From Candidatus Pacearchaeota archaeon (lineage in GTDB: Archaea > Nanobdellota > Nanobdellia > Pacearchaeales > GW2011-AR1): DNA of 64,000 nucleotides. The translations under genes and the position numbers were made by a program. Numbering within the stretch: position 1 is the stretch's first letter; each line of letters starts with the position of its first letter. The notes beneath the pieces were generated by a model. It worked only from the letters and a program-made list of their open reading frames with translations. It searched no databases and was not told the origin of the DNA. Below are positions 10,525 to 21,181 of this stretch, in pieces. Location: positions 70,659 to 134,658 of the forward strand of contig JAPLXZ010000010.1 of the NCBI GenBank assembly GCA_026395815.1, written 5' to 3'.

Positions 10525-11307
10525 ATGAAACAGGTATTATTAACTTTTGATATAGAAGAATTTGATTCTTTATTTGATTTTGATTATCCATCTGAAGAGG
10601 AAGATATATTCAAGATATCAAAAAATGGCTTGGATAAAATAGCAAAATTATTAGAAAAAAACGAAATAAAAGCCACTTTTTTTACAACAGCAAAATTTGC
10701 AAAAAAATATCCAAAATTAATCAGAGAAATAAGCAAGAAACATGAAATTGCTTGTCATGGTTATTCTCATTCAGATAATTATAAAAAAGATATTTCTAAG
10801 ATAGATTTAGCTAAAAAAGAGATAGAAAAAATAATAAAAAAGAATATTAATGGATTTAGAGCACCAAGATTTGAAATAAAAGATATCTCTTCTCTTTCAG
10901 ATATAGGATTTTCTTATGATTCTTCAATTCACCCCACATTTATCCCAGGAAGATATATGCATCTTTTCAAAAAAAGGAAAGTGCATAAGATAGGAGAAAT
11001 AATTGAAATTCCTTTATCTGTCTTCCCTTTAGTACGCCTTCCAATTTTTTGGCTTGCTTTTAAAAATCTACCTTTATTGTATTCTAAACTATTTGCTAAA
11101 ATAAATTTTTTGTCTTCAGATTATTTAATGTTAATCTTCCATTCATGGGAATTTGATAATTTAAGTAAAATAAAAATTCCAAAATATATGAAAAAGAAAA
11201 GCGGAGATGAATTTTTAAAGATGCTTGAAGAATATATAATATACCTGAAGAGTATTGGTTGCACTTTTTCTACAATTTCAGGTTATCTCCAAAAATCCTT
11301 AAGATGA
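10525..11307 (+). CDS. Polysaccharide deacetylase (CE4)-like
   Basis: TFDIEEFD and CHGYSH motifs. Confidence 0.55.
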   Translation: MKQVLLTFDIEEFDSLFDFDYPSEEEDIFKISKNGLDKIAKLLEKNEIKATFFTTAKFAKKYPKLIREISKKHEIACHGYSHSDNYKKDISKIDLAKKEIEKIIKKNINGFRAPRFEIKDISSLSDIGFSYDSSIHPTFIPGRYMHLFKKRKVHKIGEIIEIPLSVFPLVRLPIFWLAFKNLPLLYSKLFAKINFLSSDYLMLIFHSWEFDNLSKIKIPKYMKKKSGDEFLKMLEEYIIYLKSIGCTFSTISGYLQKSLR

Positions 11308-12737
11308 CCATATACTGCCTTTATTCCTCTCAAATTCAAAATGATTTCATCAAAACTTTTCATATTTTTAATCCTTTGAAATATATATTGCGGAGTTAAA
11401 AAAATAGTGTAAATTCTTCCACAAATGCTTGCGATTTCTTTTGCATCAGAGTCTTTTGTTTTTAAAACTGGCTCTCTCATATCGTATCTTTCATATTCAT
11501 CAAACGGAAAAAGGAATAAGTTATCTTTTTTTGCTTCTTTCCATAAAGGAGTTCCAGGATAAGGAATTAACACTGTCGCTTGAAGCAAATCTGCCTTTCC
11601 ACTCTGCATTAAATTCTTTGCTAATCTAAATGTTCTTAATGCATCCTCTTTATTTTCCCAAGGATATCCAACAATCATGGTTAAATGAACTGTTAAACCG
11701 GCTTTTTTTGCTATTCTACATCCATTCACAATGTCTTCAACTTTTATTCCTTTGTTCAACCTGTCAAGTGTTTCTTGATTTGCACTTTCTAATCCAAATT
11801 TCAGCAATCTAAATCCTGCTTTTTTCATCAGCATGTAATCTTCCTGATTTAATGCCCCAAAACGCATGTTGCAAGAATATCTTATTTTTTTGTTATATCC
11901 TCTTTTTATCAATCCTTCACACAAATCTTTCAGCCATTTTCCAACCATCAAGGTTCCAGAATCGTCGAAAATTTCTTTTGCATTATACTTTTCGATTAGC
12001 ATTCCTATTTCATCCAAAACATTTTCAACACTTCTAACCCTAAATCTGGGAAAGAGAGTAGGCCATGCACAAAATTTGCATTTTCCCCACCAGCAATCTC
12101 TTCCAGACATGATATAAAAATAAGGTTTTCTGCTTATATTGTATTCTTGTTGATATAATTTCCATCTTGTCAGTTCTCTGTCAATAAAAGGCAAGTCATC
12201 CAAATTATGTTTCAAATCAAATTTTTCAGAATGAATAATTTTTTTATTTTTTCTGTAATATATTCCATCAGGACATTTTTTCTTTTTTCCTGAAATCCAA
12301 TCACACAGTTCAGTTAAACTAAAGTCAAAGTCTCCTCCACAAGAAACAAAATCAACTTTAGAGTTTTTCATGCTTTCTATTGGAAATGAAGTAACATGAT
12401 CCCCCAAAAGAACAATCTTCATTTTTGGAAATTTTTCCTTAAGTTTATCAATAATCTTCCAATGCTGCTTTATTACAGGGGTTTTTGTTTCAAAAGCAAA
12501 CAAATCTGGTTTTTCTTTTTCAAATTTTTTAATAAATTCTTCCCAATCAATTCTTTCTGCAATTGCATCTATCCAAAAAACCTCATAATTTCTTTTTTTT
12601 AATAAAGTTGCAGCACTTCCTAAAACAACAGGAAACAAATAGCTAGGGTTAGAAAACCATTGAAATTGCCTGTTCTGACTTAGTAATGCTATTCCTTTTT
12701 CTGATTTTGTTGGAGGATAACCTATTGCAACTTTCAT
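11283..12737 (-). CDS. B12-binding-domain radical SAM enzyme
   Basis: N-terminal Rossmann-like B12-type domain followed by the Cys cluster DCWWGKCKFC. Confidence 0.7.
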   Translation of the reverse strand: MKVAIGYPPTKSEKGIALLSQNRQFQWFSNPSYLFPVVLGSAATLLKKRNYEVFWIDAIAERIDWEEFIKKFEKEKPDLFAFETKTPVIKQHWKIIDKLKEKFPKMKIVLLGDHVTSFPIESMKNSKVDFVSCGGDFDFSLTELCDWISGKKKKCPDGIYYRKNKKIIHSEKFDLKHNLDDLPFIDRELTRWKLYQQEYNISRKPYFYIMSGRDCWWGKCKFCAWPTLFPRFRVRSVENVLDEIGMLIEKYNAKEIFDDSGTLMVGKWLKDLCEGLIKRGYNKKIRYSCNMRFGALNQEDYMLMKKAGFRLLKFGLESANQETLDRLNKGIKVEDIVNGCRIAKKAGLTVHLTMIVGYPWENKEDALRTFRLAKNLMQSGKADLLQATVLIPYPGTPLWKEAKKDNLFLFPFDEYERYDMREPVLKTKDSDAKEIASICGRIYTIFLTPQYIFQRIKNMKSFDEIILNLRGIKAVYGHLKDFWR

Positions 12738-12794
12738 TGAATTATAAACTTTGAACCTTTTTAAAAGATTTTTATAGAAAAATATATACTTAAT

Positions 12795-13742
12795 TTATTT
12801 TTGTTTTATGGTTTTCTTTCCATTAATCAAAGAAAGGAAAAATCCTATTACTGCAGGAATTATGTTTCCAATAACTAACCCAATTATTGACATTGAGAAA
12901 ACCTTTGTAGCCTGTACTCCTAAAAGCCCGAAAAGGCTTATTGTTGTTAATTCCCTTGTTCCGAGCCCACTGATTGTTATTGGTATCTGCGCCACTAATG
13001 TTGCAATAGGCAATAACGCCAAGAAATAGAAAAAAGATACATTATTTATCTGAATAGAAAGTCCGATAAAAAACATCACTGAATATGCTACAACCCAATT
13101 TAGGAGATAAACAAAAAAGAACAGGAAGAGATATCTCTTTTTCGGCATGTCTTCATAAAAAGAATAAAAACCTCTTCTAGCCTTTTCTTTTAATTTTTTA
13201 GAGACTAGCCTGTGGAAAATCTTTAAGATTCTTTTACTTCTCTCTCTATCCATAAAAATAAACAAACACGCTAATAAAAAAACCAATCCAAGAATAGAGA
13301 AGTATAAATAATTAGCCGATAAAAATTTCAGGGATACAAAAGAAAATACAATAACCAAAAGAACCAGGGAGCAGACATCCAAAATCTTGTCTAAAACAAA
13401 ATTACTGATTCCTTTTCCTCTTTTATCATTTGAATATTTTTTTAAATATTCTGCTCTGATTATATTTCCGACTTTTGAGGGGGTTATAAATCCATAAAAA
13501 CCCCCTATCAAATTTATCCCAACAGCCTCAAAAAAAGGAACTTTTATTTTTTGATATCTTGCAACAACAAACCACTTCATTGTTTCAGCTAAAATACTTA
13601 TAATGCTAAAAAATACAGCAACCAACAAGAAAAAAACATTCACATTCGCAATTTCTTTTATTATCTTTAATACATCAAGTTTAATCAGAAGATATGCAAA
13701 TATTACAAGTCCGATTATAGGCAGATATTTTTTTATTTTCAT
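12795..13742 (-). CDS. Flippase-like / lysyl-PG synthase TM-domain family membrane protein
   Basis: 8 or more TM segments, ~315 aa, located in a glycan cluster. Confidence 0.45.
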   Translation of the reverse strand: MKIKKYLPIIGLVIFAYLLIKLDVLKIIKEIANVNVFFLLVAVFFSIISILAETMKWFVVARYQKIKVPFFEAVGINLIGGFYGFITPSKVGNIIRAEYLKKYSNDKRGKGISNFVLDKILDVCSLVLLVIVFSFVSLKFLSANYLYFSILGLVFLLACLFIFMDRERSKRILKIFHRLVSKKLKEKARRGFYSFYEDMPKKRYLFLFFFVYLLNWVVAYSVMFFIGLSIQINNVSFFYFLALLPIATLVAQIPITISGLGTRELTTISLFGLLGVQATKVFSMSIIGLVIGNIIPAVIGFFLSLINGKKTIKQK

Positions 13743-14737
13743 GGAAATATTCCTTTTCTAAATATTACAAATCCGGTAATTATTACAATAATTTGAAATA
13801 AATTTATTAAAAAAACTACTTCTTTTTCATAAACTTTCTTACTCGGTTTTATCTTTTTAAGAATATAAATCGCTAAATGTTCCAAACCATAAATTTTTTC
13901 ATAAGGCATTTCCAAACTTCCATCTTCTTTAACCTTAGCAAAACTTTCCTTTTTTAACCTTCCCCTTAACTTGAAAATAGTTTCTAATATATAAGGAATA
14001 AAAAAGAAAAGAGCTATTTTCTCAATATTCCCAAATATTGCCATTATTGCAACCATTGCTCCAATAGAATATGTAAGAACATCTCCTGGGAAGACCTTAG
14101 CAGGATATTTATTGAATATGTAAAAAGCAATAAGGCACGCAATCATAATGAATCCTATTATGCCCAACCAGCTTTTTCCTATCAAAAAAGTGATAGCAGA
14201 AAGAGCTGAAAGAATTATAATTCCTTGGCTTGTTTCCAAACCATTATATCCTGCCAAAAAATTAAAGGTCGCAGACGCCCCAATAATTCCTATAGGGATT
14301 AATAACAAAGGATACAAAAGTCCAATATTTAACCCCATAAGGTTTGATTCTCCCACGTTTATGACTACCAAAGGAAGAGAAGCAAATGCTAAAAGTACAA
14401 TTCGTATAGATTTTGTTAGTCCAATTTTCCAGCCTAAAACGTCGTCGATAAAACCAATAAAAGCGATTATTATTATTACGCTTACTATAGAAAGAATCTT
14501 TACTTGATTTTCAACAGAATCAAAATAGAAAGTTTCTATTGCTATGTAACTTAAAACAGCAAAAATAAAACCCATGATAACACACACTCCTCCTGCCTCA
14601 GATACTTCTTCTCCCTTTATTTTATTCATATCTTTTCCAGCTAATCCAACTCTCTTTGCTCTTTTTATCCATAAAGGTATAGAAAAAAAAGATACAAAAA
14701 ATCCTAGGAAAAATGGAAGAAATAATATCAATTTCAT
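13739..14737 (-). CDS. GT4-family polyprenyl-phosphate HexNAc-1-phosphate transferase (MraY/WecA/AglH-like)
   Basis: FIDDVLG and NFLAGYNGLE motifs; polytopic membrane protein. Confidence 0.75.
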   Translation of the reverse strand: MKLILFLPFFLGFFVSFFSIPLWIKRAKRVGLAGKDMNKIKGEEVSEAGGVCVIMGFIFAVLSYIAIETFYFDSVENQVKILSIVSVIIIIAFIGFIDDVLGWKIGLTKSIRIVLLAFASLPLVVINVGESNLMGLNIGLLYPLLLIPIGIIGASATFNFLAGYNGLETSQGIIILSALSAITFLIGKSWLGIIGFIMIACLIAFYIFNKYPAKVFPGDVLTYSIGAMVAIMAIFGNIEKIALFFFIPYILETIFKLRGRLKKESFAKVKEDGSLEMPYEKIYGLEHLAIYILKKIKPSKKVYEKEVVFLINLFQIIVIITGFVIFRKGIFP

Positions 14738-14742
14738 TTTAT

Positions 14743-17547
14743 TTACATATATTCGTTTGATTTAACCATTGCATATTCTACATTTGGATAATCCATCCTT
14801 AGATAATCTGGATTAAGTGTTATGTCAGAAGGGTAACTTATCTCCCATATCTTTATCGGTCCAGAAAAATCTTGATAGTAAACAAATTCTCCAAGTTCTG
14901 GTATTTGCTGTCTAAGACTCTTAACAAGTTCGCTGTTTTCTGAATGTGCTAACTGAAAATATTCGGTTTCTTGGCCAAATAGATACAATCTTGCCAATCT
15001 AGAGTTAACTACTCTTTCGCTAAGATAAAATGCAGCACCCTTATCCAATATTTTCAATTGCCCATTGCTATCCTGTTCAATCTTTGGAAATATGAATATT
15101 CCTACGTCTAAGCCAGAATCAAATTCATATAATTTGTTTCCAATATAAAGAACTTTCATTGGCCGCTGATATTGTTTTCCATTATAAACAAAAAAGACAA
15201 GTGGTTGCAGTATCTTTCCTTCACTTTGTTTTATTACAACAGCTGCAACAGCTGTTTTCTTCCTTGGCAATACAACTTGGTTTATGCTAGTGCTATTTTC
15301 AGTAGTTTCATTAATTATTACATCTTCATCAAGAGCAATTCCAATGGGATATACATATATTGTTTCATTATTTGTCTCTTGTGTCTGTTTTTCATCCATA
15401 AAAAAAGTAGAGATAAATGAAAATCTATCATAGTTTTCATCAGAACCAATACTTGAAAATGCACCATATTTTCCTATATCGCTTGAATCAATCAAAAGAT
15501 GTGTTGCATTGTGAGCATATAGAAATTCTAAGGCAGTTCTTTCATCAGTTCCTGTTAGAATATGCCTTCCCATTAGATGATTCCAATAACCAACAGCATT
15601 TCCACCATCAAGTATTGTCGCCCTTTCTCCAATAGATTGTACCCAATATCCATAATCCCACCAATGTGCAAAAACAGCAGTTTTATCAGTAAATTCCCTA
15701 ACCCAATTCATTGCGTTTTGCCATTGCCATTGATATGGTCCTGGACCGAAACTTCCAGCGATGCTCTTATCACTATTATAATATGTCCATAATGTAAAAC
15801 AAGAAGCAATTAAAATAAGTATTACAACAATTGCCAAGAATAACTTTTTAGTCTCTTCTTTTTCCTGAAGATATTTTTGAAAAGTTTTTACAATAAGAAA
15901 TGCTACTGCAATTGGGCTTACTGCTGCCAAAACCATTGTTAATCTAACTGCCCCTCTTGCAGCAACTATCATCATTGTTAAAATAATAAAATAGAGTATG
16001 TATGAAAAATCAAATTCTTTAAAGAAAGAAAATCTTCCACTTTTGTACTCTTTATAATAAAAATAAATAAAACAAAGAATGAAAAGTAATGTTCCTCCAA
16101 AATATACTATAAAGCTTAAAGTGTTGCTTCCATTTAATTGACTGCTTGAAGAATACTTGCTGAATATAAGTCCAGCTAAAAAGAGAGCATAACTTATAAT
16201 TAAGATTATTTTTTCTTTTTTCGTTAAAGACTTGACCATATAGCCAAATAAAAATATAGAACCAATAAAAAATAACCAAAAGAATAAAGGAATATTAAGT
16301 GCAATTGGTCCGAATTCGCTTCTCCATTCATTTATAAAATAAGGTTGTCTATTTTCTGCTACAGTTACACTGAATCTGCTTTGTACCATAGGATTAACTG
16401 TATGTGAAATAATATCCTTAAATATGTCTGGAACGAATGAAATTCCAATAGTTATAGAAGCTATTATTACTAAAAAGATTCCTGTGATTATAAAAGAAAT
16501 AACAGGTTCAGGAAGTTTGATTTTTATTTTTTCCTTAATTTTAAAAATATTTTTCTTGAATATCAAAAAATCTACTGCTAAGATAAAGAGAACCATAAAA
16601 GCTAATCCTGTAGATGCAGAATAAACTAAACTTAAATAACGATATCTTGCTGAAAAAGGCAGCATAATCATTAATGCTCCCACAATCCATGAAAGATAAA
16701 AAAGGGATTTTTTCTTATCGATTTTTCCAAGAAGAAAGGCAAATAAAACTGCTCCCCCAATTGCTAAGAAAACAAATATCACTCCTCCCCATGTTAATCC
16801 TAATAATCCTGTCATAATTCCTGCTAATACTCCATAAATAGTTCCCTTTACTAATTTTTCAGAACTATATGCTTCTAAAAATAAATAAAACGCAGCAAAC
16901 ATGAAGAAAAAAGCAGCAGATTCTTTTTCAGGGATTCCGGCAATTGTTCTAGGTAAAATTGAAGGAACCAGTACAAAGAATGCAGTAGCAACTAAAGCGA
17001 TTACATTTGCAACTAATTTGTTTTCTTTATAGAATAGCTTTCTTGCAAACAGAAAAAAAGCAATTCCTGCTAGAACAGACATTATTACAGGAAATATGAT
17101 TGCAGCATAAGTGACTGTAGCTTCCTTATTAAAGACGAATAAAAATTTGTAGAGCCACGCAATCATGTAGGATAAGGTCTTCATTTCTGCTGATGTATCT
17201 ATTGCGCTACATGATGCTCCAGAACAAAGGTCTATTAAAGGAACAGATCTCATAGCGTCTAAAGCAAAAAGCTTACCATATTCTGCAATATACTTTGCCC
17301 ATCTTAAAAATAAAAATGGATCTAAATCAGGACCAAGAGTCCAAGTGCCTGTAGAAACATCTTTTAGCAGTGGAATGTTTCTCGTTCTTATATAAGTATT
17401 AATAAAAAGTATAAAGGTTAAGATTCCATAATATATCCATTCTGTTCTTTTTTTCAGAAAGCCAATTAAATTTTTCTTTCTTGCTTCTATTTCGTCTTGA
17501 AGAACAAGACCTTTAGCCTCAATTTCTGATGTTATATTTTCTTCCAT
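14743..17547 (-). CDS. aglB: Archaeal oligosaccharyltransferase STT3/AglB
   Basis: WWDYGYW catalytic motif; 934 aa; 13-TM-type N-terminal region plus a soluble C-domain. Confidence 0.9.
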   Translation of the reverse strand: MEENITSEIEAKGLVLQDEIEARKKNLIGFLKKRTEWIYYGILTFILFINTYIRTRNIPLLKDVSTGTWTLGPDLDPFLFLRWAKYIAEYGKLFALDAMRSVPLIDLCSGASCSAIDTSAEMKTLSYMIAWLYKFLFVFNKEATVTYAAIIFPVIMSVLAGIAFFLFARKLFYKENKLVANVIALVATAFFVLVPSILPRTIAGIPEKESAAFFFMFAAFYLFLEAYSSEKLVKGTIYGVLAGIMTGLLGLTWGGVIFVFLAIGGAVLFAFLLGKIDKKKSLFYLSWIVGALMIMLPFSARYRYLSLVYSASTGLAFMVLFILAVDFLIFKKNIFKIKEKIKIKLPEPVISFIITGIFLVIIASITIGISFVPDIFKDIISHTVNPMVQSRFSVTVAENRQPYFINEWRSEFGPIALNIPLFFWLFFIGSIFLFGYMVKSLTKKEKIILIISYALFLAGLIFSKYSSSSQLNGSNTLSFIVYFGGTLLFILCFIYFYYKEYKSGRFSFFKEFDFSYILYFIILTMMIVAARGAVRLTMVLAAVSPIAVAFLIVKTFQKYLQEKEETKKLFLAIVVILILIASCFTLWTYYNSDKSIAGSFGPGPYQWQWQNAMNWVREFTDKTAVFAHWWDYGYWVQSIGERATILDGGNAVGYWNHLMGRHILTGTDERTALEFLYAHNATHLLIDSSDIGKYGAFSSIGSDENYDRFSFISTFFMDEKQTQETNNETIYVYPIGIALDEDVIINETTENSTSINQVVLPRKKTAVAAVVIKQSEGKILQPLVFFVYNGKQYQRPMKVLYIGNKLYEFDSGLDVGIFIFPKIEQDSNGQLKILDKGAAFYLSERVVNSRLARLYLFGQETEYFQLAHSENSELVKSLRQQIPELGEFVYYQDFSGPIKIWEISYPSDITLNPDYLRMDYPNVEYAMVKSNEYM

Positions 17548-17595
17548 TAGATTCCATAAAAGAGGGAAAAAATTCTATTTAAATATTTCTTTACT

Positions 17596-18456
17596 CTACT
17601 TGAATAAAAGAGGAGTGAAATATACCTCTATAAGCGCAGCTATCAATAAGACAATTAGTGCAATAAAAAGCAATAAAATCACATTTTCTATGATTCTTAA
17701 GAACTTTTTATCCTTAATTCCATGTCTTACTACTCCCACTCCAAAAATTCCTCCTGCTAAAGCAGTTATAAAATACGCGGCAATTTCTGGAAAACCATGA
17801 ATCATATAACGCAATAATCCAAAAGGAATATCACTAAGATTATATTTTGCGAATATACCAATTGCCGCAGCAATAACACTCGCATTCCAAGCCAAGATAA
17901 AAATTGCTCCTGCACCGAATATAAGAGAAAAGATAAGTGTGAATATCATGACATATACATTATTCTCTATTATCGAAAGTAATCTCGTTCCGTTACTCAT
18001 AGCACTTGTTGAAATTACTTTGCTTGTAAAGTCAAAATCTGTAATACAATTTTCTATGTCCCCAGGACTGTTTATATTACAATAGGTTCCGATTTGGGCA
18101 TTCAACAAGCCGGAATTTTGTAAAATTACATACCATAAGGAAAATGCAACAATGAATCCAAGAAAAAGCCACATAAAAGCAAAAATAGCATCGTTATGTA
18201 TTTTCCATACTCCTAAAAATCCGGTTATTTCTTCATCTTCTCTTTCTTCATTTTTTATTATATGGTACATAAATGGAAGAGAAAACATAACACAGAATGT
18301 AACAACAATCATCCCGGAAAATTTAGATAATATCTGATCTTTTGCAAAAAACCAGTGAACTAATAAAATAGAAAGTGATGCATAGACAAGTCCAATGAAA
18401 AACATCTTCCATGGTCCTTTTTCAGCTCTTTTTGGATTGATAATTGACTCTAACAT
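17596..18456 (-). CDS. SpoIIM/DUF95-like membrane protein
   Basis: HGFPEIAAYF motif; polytopic. Confidence 0.45.
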   Translation of the reverse strand: MLESIINPKRAEKGPWKMFFIGLVYASLSILLVHWFFAKDQILSKFSGMIVVTFCVMFSLPFMYHIIKNEEREDEEITGFLGVWKIHNDAIFAFMWLFLGFIVAFSLWYVILQNSGLLNAQIGTYCNINSPGDIENCITDFDFTSKVISTSAMSNGTRLLSIIENNVYVMIFTLIFSLIFGAGAIFILAWNASVIAAAIGIFAKYNLSDIPFGLLRYMIHGFPEIAAYFITALAGGIFGVGVVRHGIKDKKFLRIIENVILLLFIALIVLLIAALIEVYFTPLLFK

Positions 18457-18512
18457 CTATCATTAAAGAAAAAGAGATTTTTTAAACTTTCATCTTTTAT
18501 ATTTATTATAAT

Positions 18513-19331
18513 ATGGATAGAAAAAAGAGGTTCAATAAAATTGCAAAAGACATTAAAGAAGTTAAAATTCAAGGAGCAAGAACCATAGCAAAATCTGCTC
18601 TTTATGCTTATTCCCTAATTCCTTCTGAAATCTCAAAGAAGAAACTTTTATCTCTTCGCTCAACAGAGCCCATGCTTGAAAAAGTTTTATTTTTATCAGA
18701 TAAAAAATCTTATAAACAAATTTTGAGCCATTTTAATTTTGCCCAAGAAGAAATAAACAAATATGTTTTGAAATTAATAAAAAATAATGATGCAATTTTT
18801 ACTCATTGTCATTCTACAAATGTTATCAATGCATTACTATACGCAAAAAGAAAAGGAAAAAAGTTTGAAGTTTATAATACGGAAACCCGTCCATTGTTCC
18901 AAGGAAGAAAGACTGCAACCGAGCTAAGGAAAGAAGGAATAAAAGTTACAATGTTTGTTGATTCAGCATTAGAAGATGCTCTAACAGGGGAAGGAGAATT
19001 AAAAAAAGTCAATAAGGTTTTTCTTGGAGCAGATGCTCTTCTAAAAAAAGGAATTATAAACAAGATAGGAAGTGAATTGATTGCAAGAGTGGCAAAAGAT
19101 GAAAAGATTCCTGTTTATATCATAGCGGATTCCTGGAAATTTTCAAATAAAAAAATTCCAATAGAACAGAGAAAGCTTAACGAAGTTTGGAACAGAGTTC
19201 CTAAAGGCATAAGGATAAAAAATCCTGCATTTGAATTTATCAGAAGAAAGTATATAACAAGAATTATTTCTGAATTAGGCTTAATGAGATATAAGGAATT
19301 TGTTAAGAAAAGAAGAAAATTAAAGTATTGA
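18513..19331 (+). CDS. eIF-2B family protein (ribose-1,5-bisphosphate isomerase-like)
   Basis: FLGADALLKKGIINKIGS family signature. Confidence 0.65.
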   Translation: MDRKKRFNKIAKDIKEVKIQGARTIAKSALYAYSLIPSEISKKKLLSLRSTEPMLEKVLFLSDKKSYKQILSHFNFAQEEINKYVLKLIKNNDAIFTHCHSTNVINALLYAKRKGKKFEVYNTETRPLFQGRKTATELRKEGIKVTMFVDSALEDALTGEGELKKVNKVFLGADALLKKGIINKIGSELIARVAKDEKIPVYIIADSWKFSNKKIPIEQRKLNEVWNRVPKGIRIKNPAFEFIRRKYITRIISELGLMRYKEFVKKRRKLKY

Positions 19332-19388
19332 GATTAGATAATTCTATAGAATACAAAATCTTTTAAATAGATAATAGATGCTAAAAAC

Positions 19389-19697
19389 ATGGACCGTGAT
19401 TTAAAGAAAGCAAAAATAGAACTTTTAGAAAATATAGTTAAAAACACACATCATTTAATTGTTAGTACTGCTTTAACACCAGTTGCAGCCACATATACTT
19501 TTTTTGGAGTTTATTTTAATTCATTTGCTGACAATGAACGTGATGGCTATGCTGCAGATTGTATACATTTTTTTCTAACAAAAGACAGATTTGTTAATTT
19601 CTGGAAAAGAGGATTTAATAATATAACTAAAGTAATTGAAGAATATAGAGAAAATAAGTCAATAATCTTAGAACATGATAAAAGCAGATATACATAA
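19389..19697 (+). CDS. Hypothetical protein
   Basis: ORF only; overlaps the next gene by 23 nt. Confidence 0.3.
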   Translation: MDRDLKKAKIELLENIVKNTHHLIVSTALTPVAATYTFFGVYFNSFADNERDGYAADCIHFFLTKDRFVNFWKRGFNNITKVIEEYRENKSIILEHDKSRYT

Positions 19698-20457
19698 TCA
19701 TTTAGGAAGAAACAGAGCAAATCCCGGATTTGACGAAACTATAGATATTGCACATGCAAGGTTAGGAGATGGAGGACTTTTTGGAATAGCAAATTCAGAT
19801 GATTTCAGATATGAAAAATTTGTTGAACAAAAAGGTGGAGAATATAATAGAAATCATGTCTCAGGGGATATTGGAATTTATGTTCCAGAAAAGAAGATAT
19901 TTGCAGTTAAATGCCAAGAGATTTTTTCAAAACAAGGGGATATTCTTGCGATTGCAATGCCCCATGGAAAGAATGTAAAATCCAAAGACGCAAGAGATGC
20001 GATAAGAGAAGCAAGAGACTTAGGTGCATTCTTGGACGCAGTTCATCCGTTTTATATTGACGGAATTGGAAAATTTTTAGAACAAAATCCAGAACTTCTT
20101 CAGCTTTTTTCAACATGGGAAGTTTATAATGGCTCTGCTGTTTTTGTTCCAGGATTTACAATAGCATTTGCGAACAAAAAAGCAATGGAATTTTATTCTT
20201 CAAATTTATTAGAAAAATTAGGCATAGGAATGTCTTCTTCAACAGATGGCCATTCTGCAAAATCAATCGGAAAATGTTATACAGAACTTCCCGATATGCC
20301 ATTCACATCCAAAAAGTTCTGGAATTTGTCTTGGGATTTAGATGCTGCATTTAGAAGCGTGAAATTTTTGGATAAATTACACATGGAATCAAATTGGTTT
20401 GATGCGTATAAACATGTCAAAGAAATGGCTATGGTTAAAGCAGGATTAAGAAAATAA
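19675..20457 (+). CDS. PHP-like metal-dependent phosphoesterase (tentative)
   Basis: N-terminal DIHNH and C-terminal STDGH motifs. Confidence 0.4.
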   Translation: MIKADIHNHLGRNRANPGFDETIDIAHARLGDGGLFGIANSDDFRYEKFVEQKGGEYNRNHVSGDIGIYVPEKKIFAVKCQEIFSKQGDILAIAMPHGKNVKSKDARDAIREARDLGAFLDAVHPFYIDGIGKFLEQNPELLQLFSTWEVYNGSAVFVPGFTIAFANKKAMEFYSSNLLEKLGIGMSSSTDGHSAKSIGKCYTELPDMPFTSKKFWNLSWDLDAAFRSVKFLDKLHMESNWFDAYKHVKEMAMVKAGLRK

Positions 20458-20463
20458 CCTTAA

Positions 20464-20859
20464 TTAATCCCCCTCTTTTTCTTCTGCTTCTTTCATCATG
20501 TCTGTAAAATCTTCACCGATTTTTTCTAAATTATGTTCCAATTCTTTTTTTACATCTTCTAATTTTTCAATTTGTTCTTCTATGAGCTCTTTTGTTTCCG
20601 GAATTGTTTTTCTTACAAAATTTCCTCCTCCAACATCTACATTCAATTCTTCAGAAATTAACTTTGCTTTTATGAATATACCTCTTCCAATAGAAGCAAA
20701 AATTTCCTTATCTTTCCCATTAATAAGCTCATCTAATCCTATATCTAATGAATTTAGTTCAACTATTCCTCTTTCTACTGCTTCTATCTGTTGCTGGAGC
20801 TGTTGAATCTGTTGCTCAAACATACCGAGTTTCATTAAAAGTTCTTCTTTTTCTTCCAT
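20464..20859 (-). CDS. pfdA: Prefoldin alpha subunit
   Basis: Coiled coil, two beta-hairpin segments (IGRGIFIKA, VGGGNFVRK), coiled coil. Confidence 0.6.
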   Translation of the reverse strand: MEEKEELLMKLGMFEQQIQQLQQQIEAVERGIVELNSLDIGLDELINGKDKEIFASIGRGIFIKAKLISEELNVDVGGGNFVRKTIPETKELIEEQIEKLEDVKKELEHNLEKIGEDFTDMMKEAEEKEGD

Positions 20860-20920
20860 AGAAATAAATTATAATTTGTCTTTTTAAAATCTCTGTTTAA
20901 ACATAAATTCTCTATAACCC

Positions 20921-21181
20921 TTATGTTAAGAGTAATGTTAATTGTTTTCCAACTACCTTTCCTAATATTCTATTATTTTCCCTTAATTGCTCCCTTGTAA
21001 AATGTCTAAATGGGAAATTTTCTGTTGGATCACAGGTTGGACATTCCCAAGGTTCTAAACACTCTTCCATAGAATTATCTTGTAATATAACTGTCCCACA
21101 ATCTCTACATCTAAAATAATAAATTAAAGTCGCATCTTCTCCACCAAAGCAATATAAGTTATTCCTACTCATCTTAAACAA
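20921..21181 (-). CDS. Small zinc-ribbon protein
   Basis: CRDC...CPTC motif. Confidence 0.35.
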   Translation of the reverse strand: MFKMSRNNLYCFGGEDATLIYYFRCRDCGTVILQDNSMEECLEPWECPTCDPTENFPFRHFTREQLRENNRILGKVVGKQLTLLLT

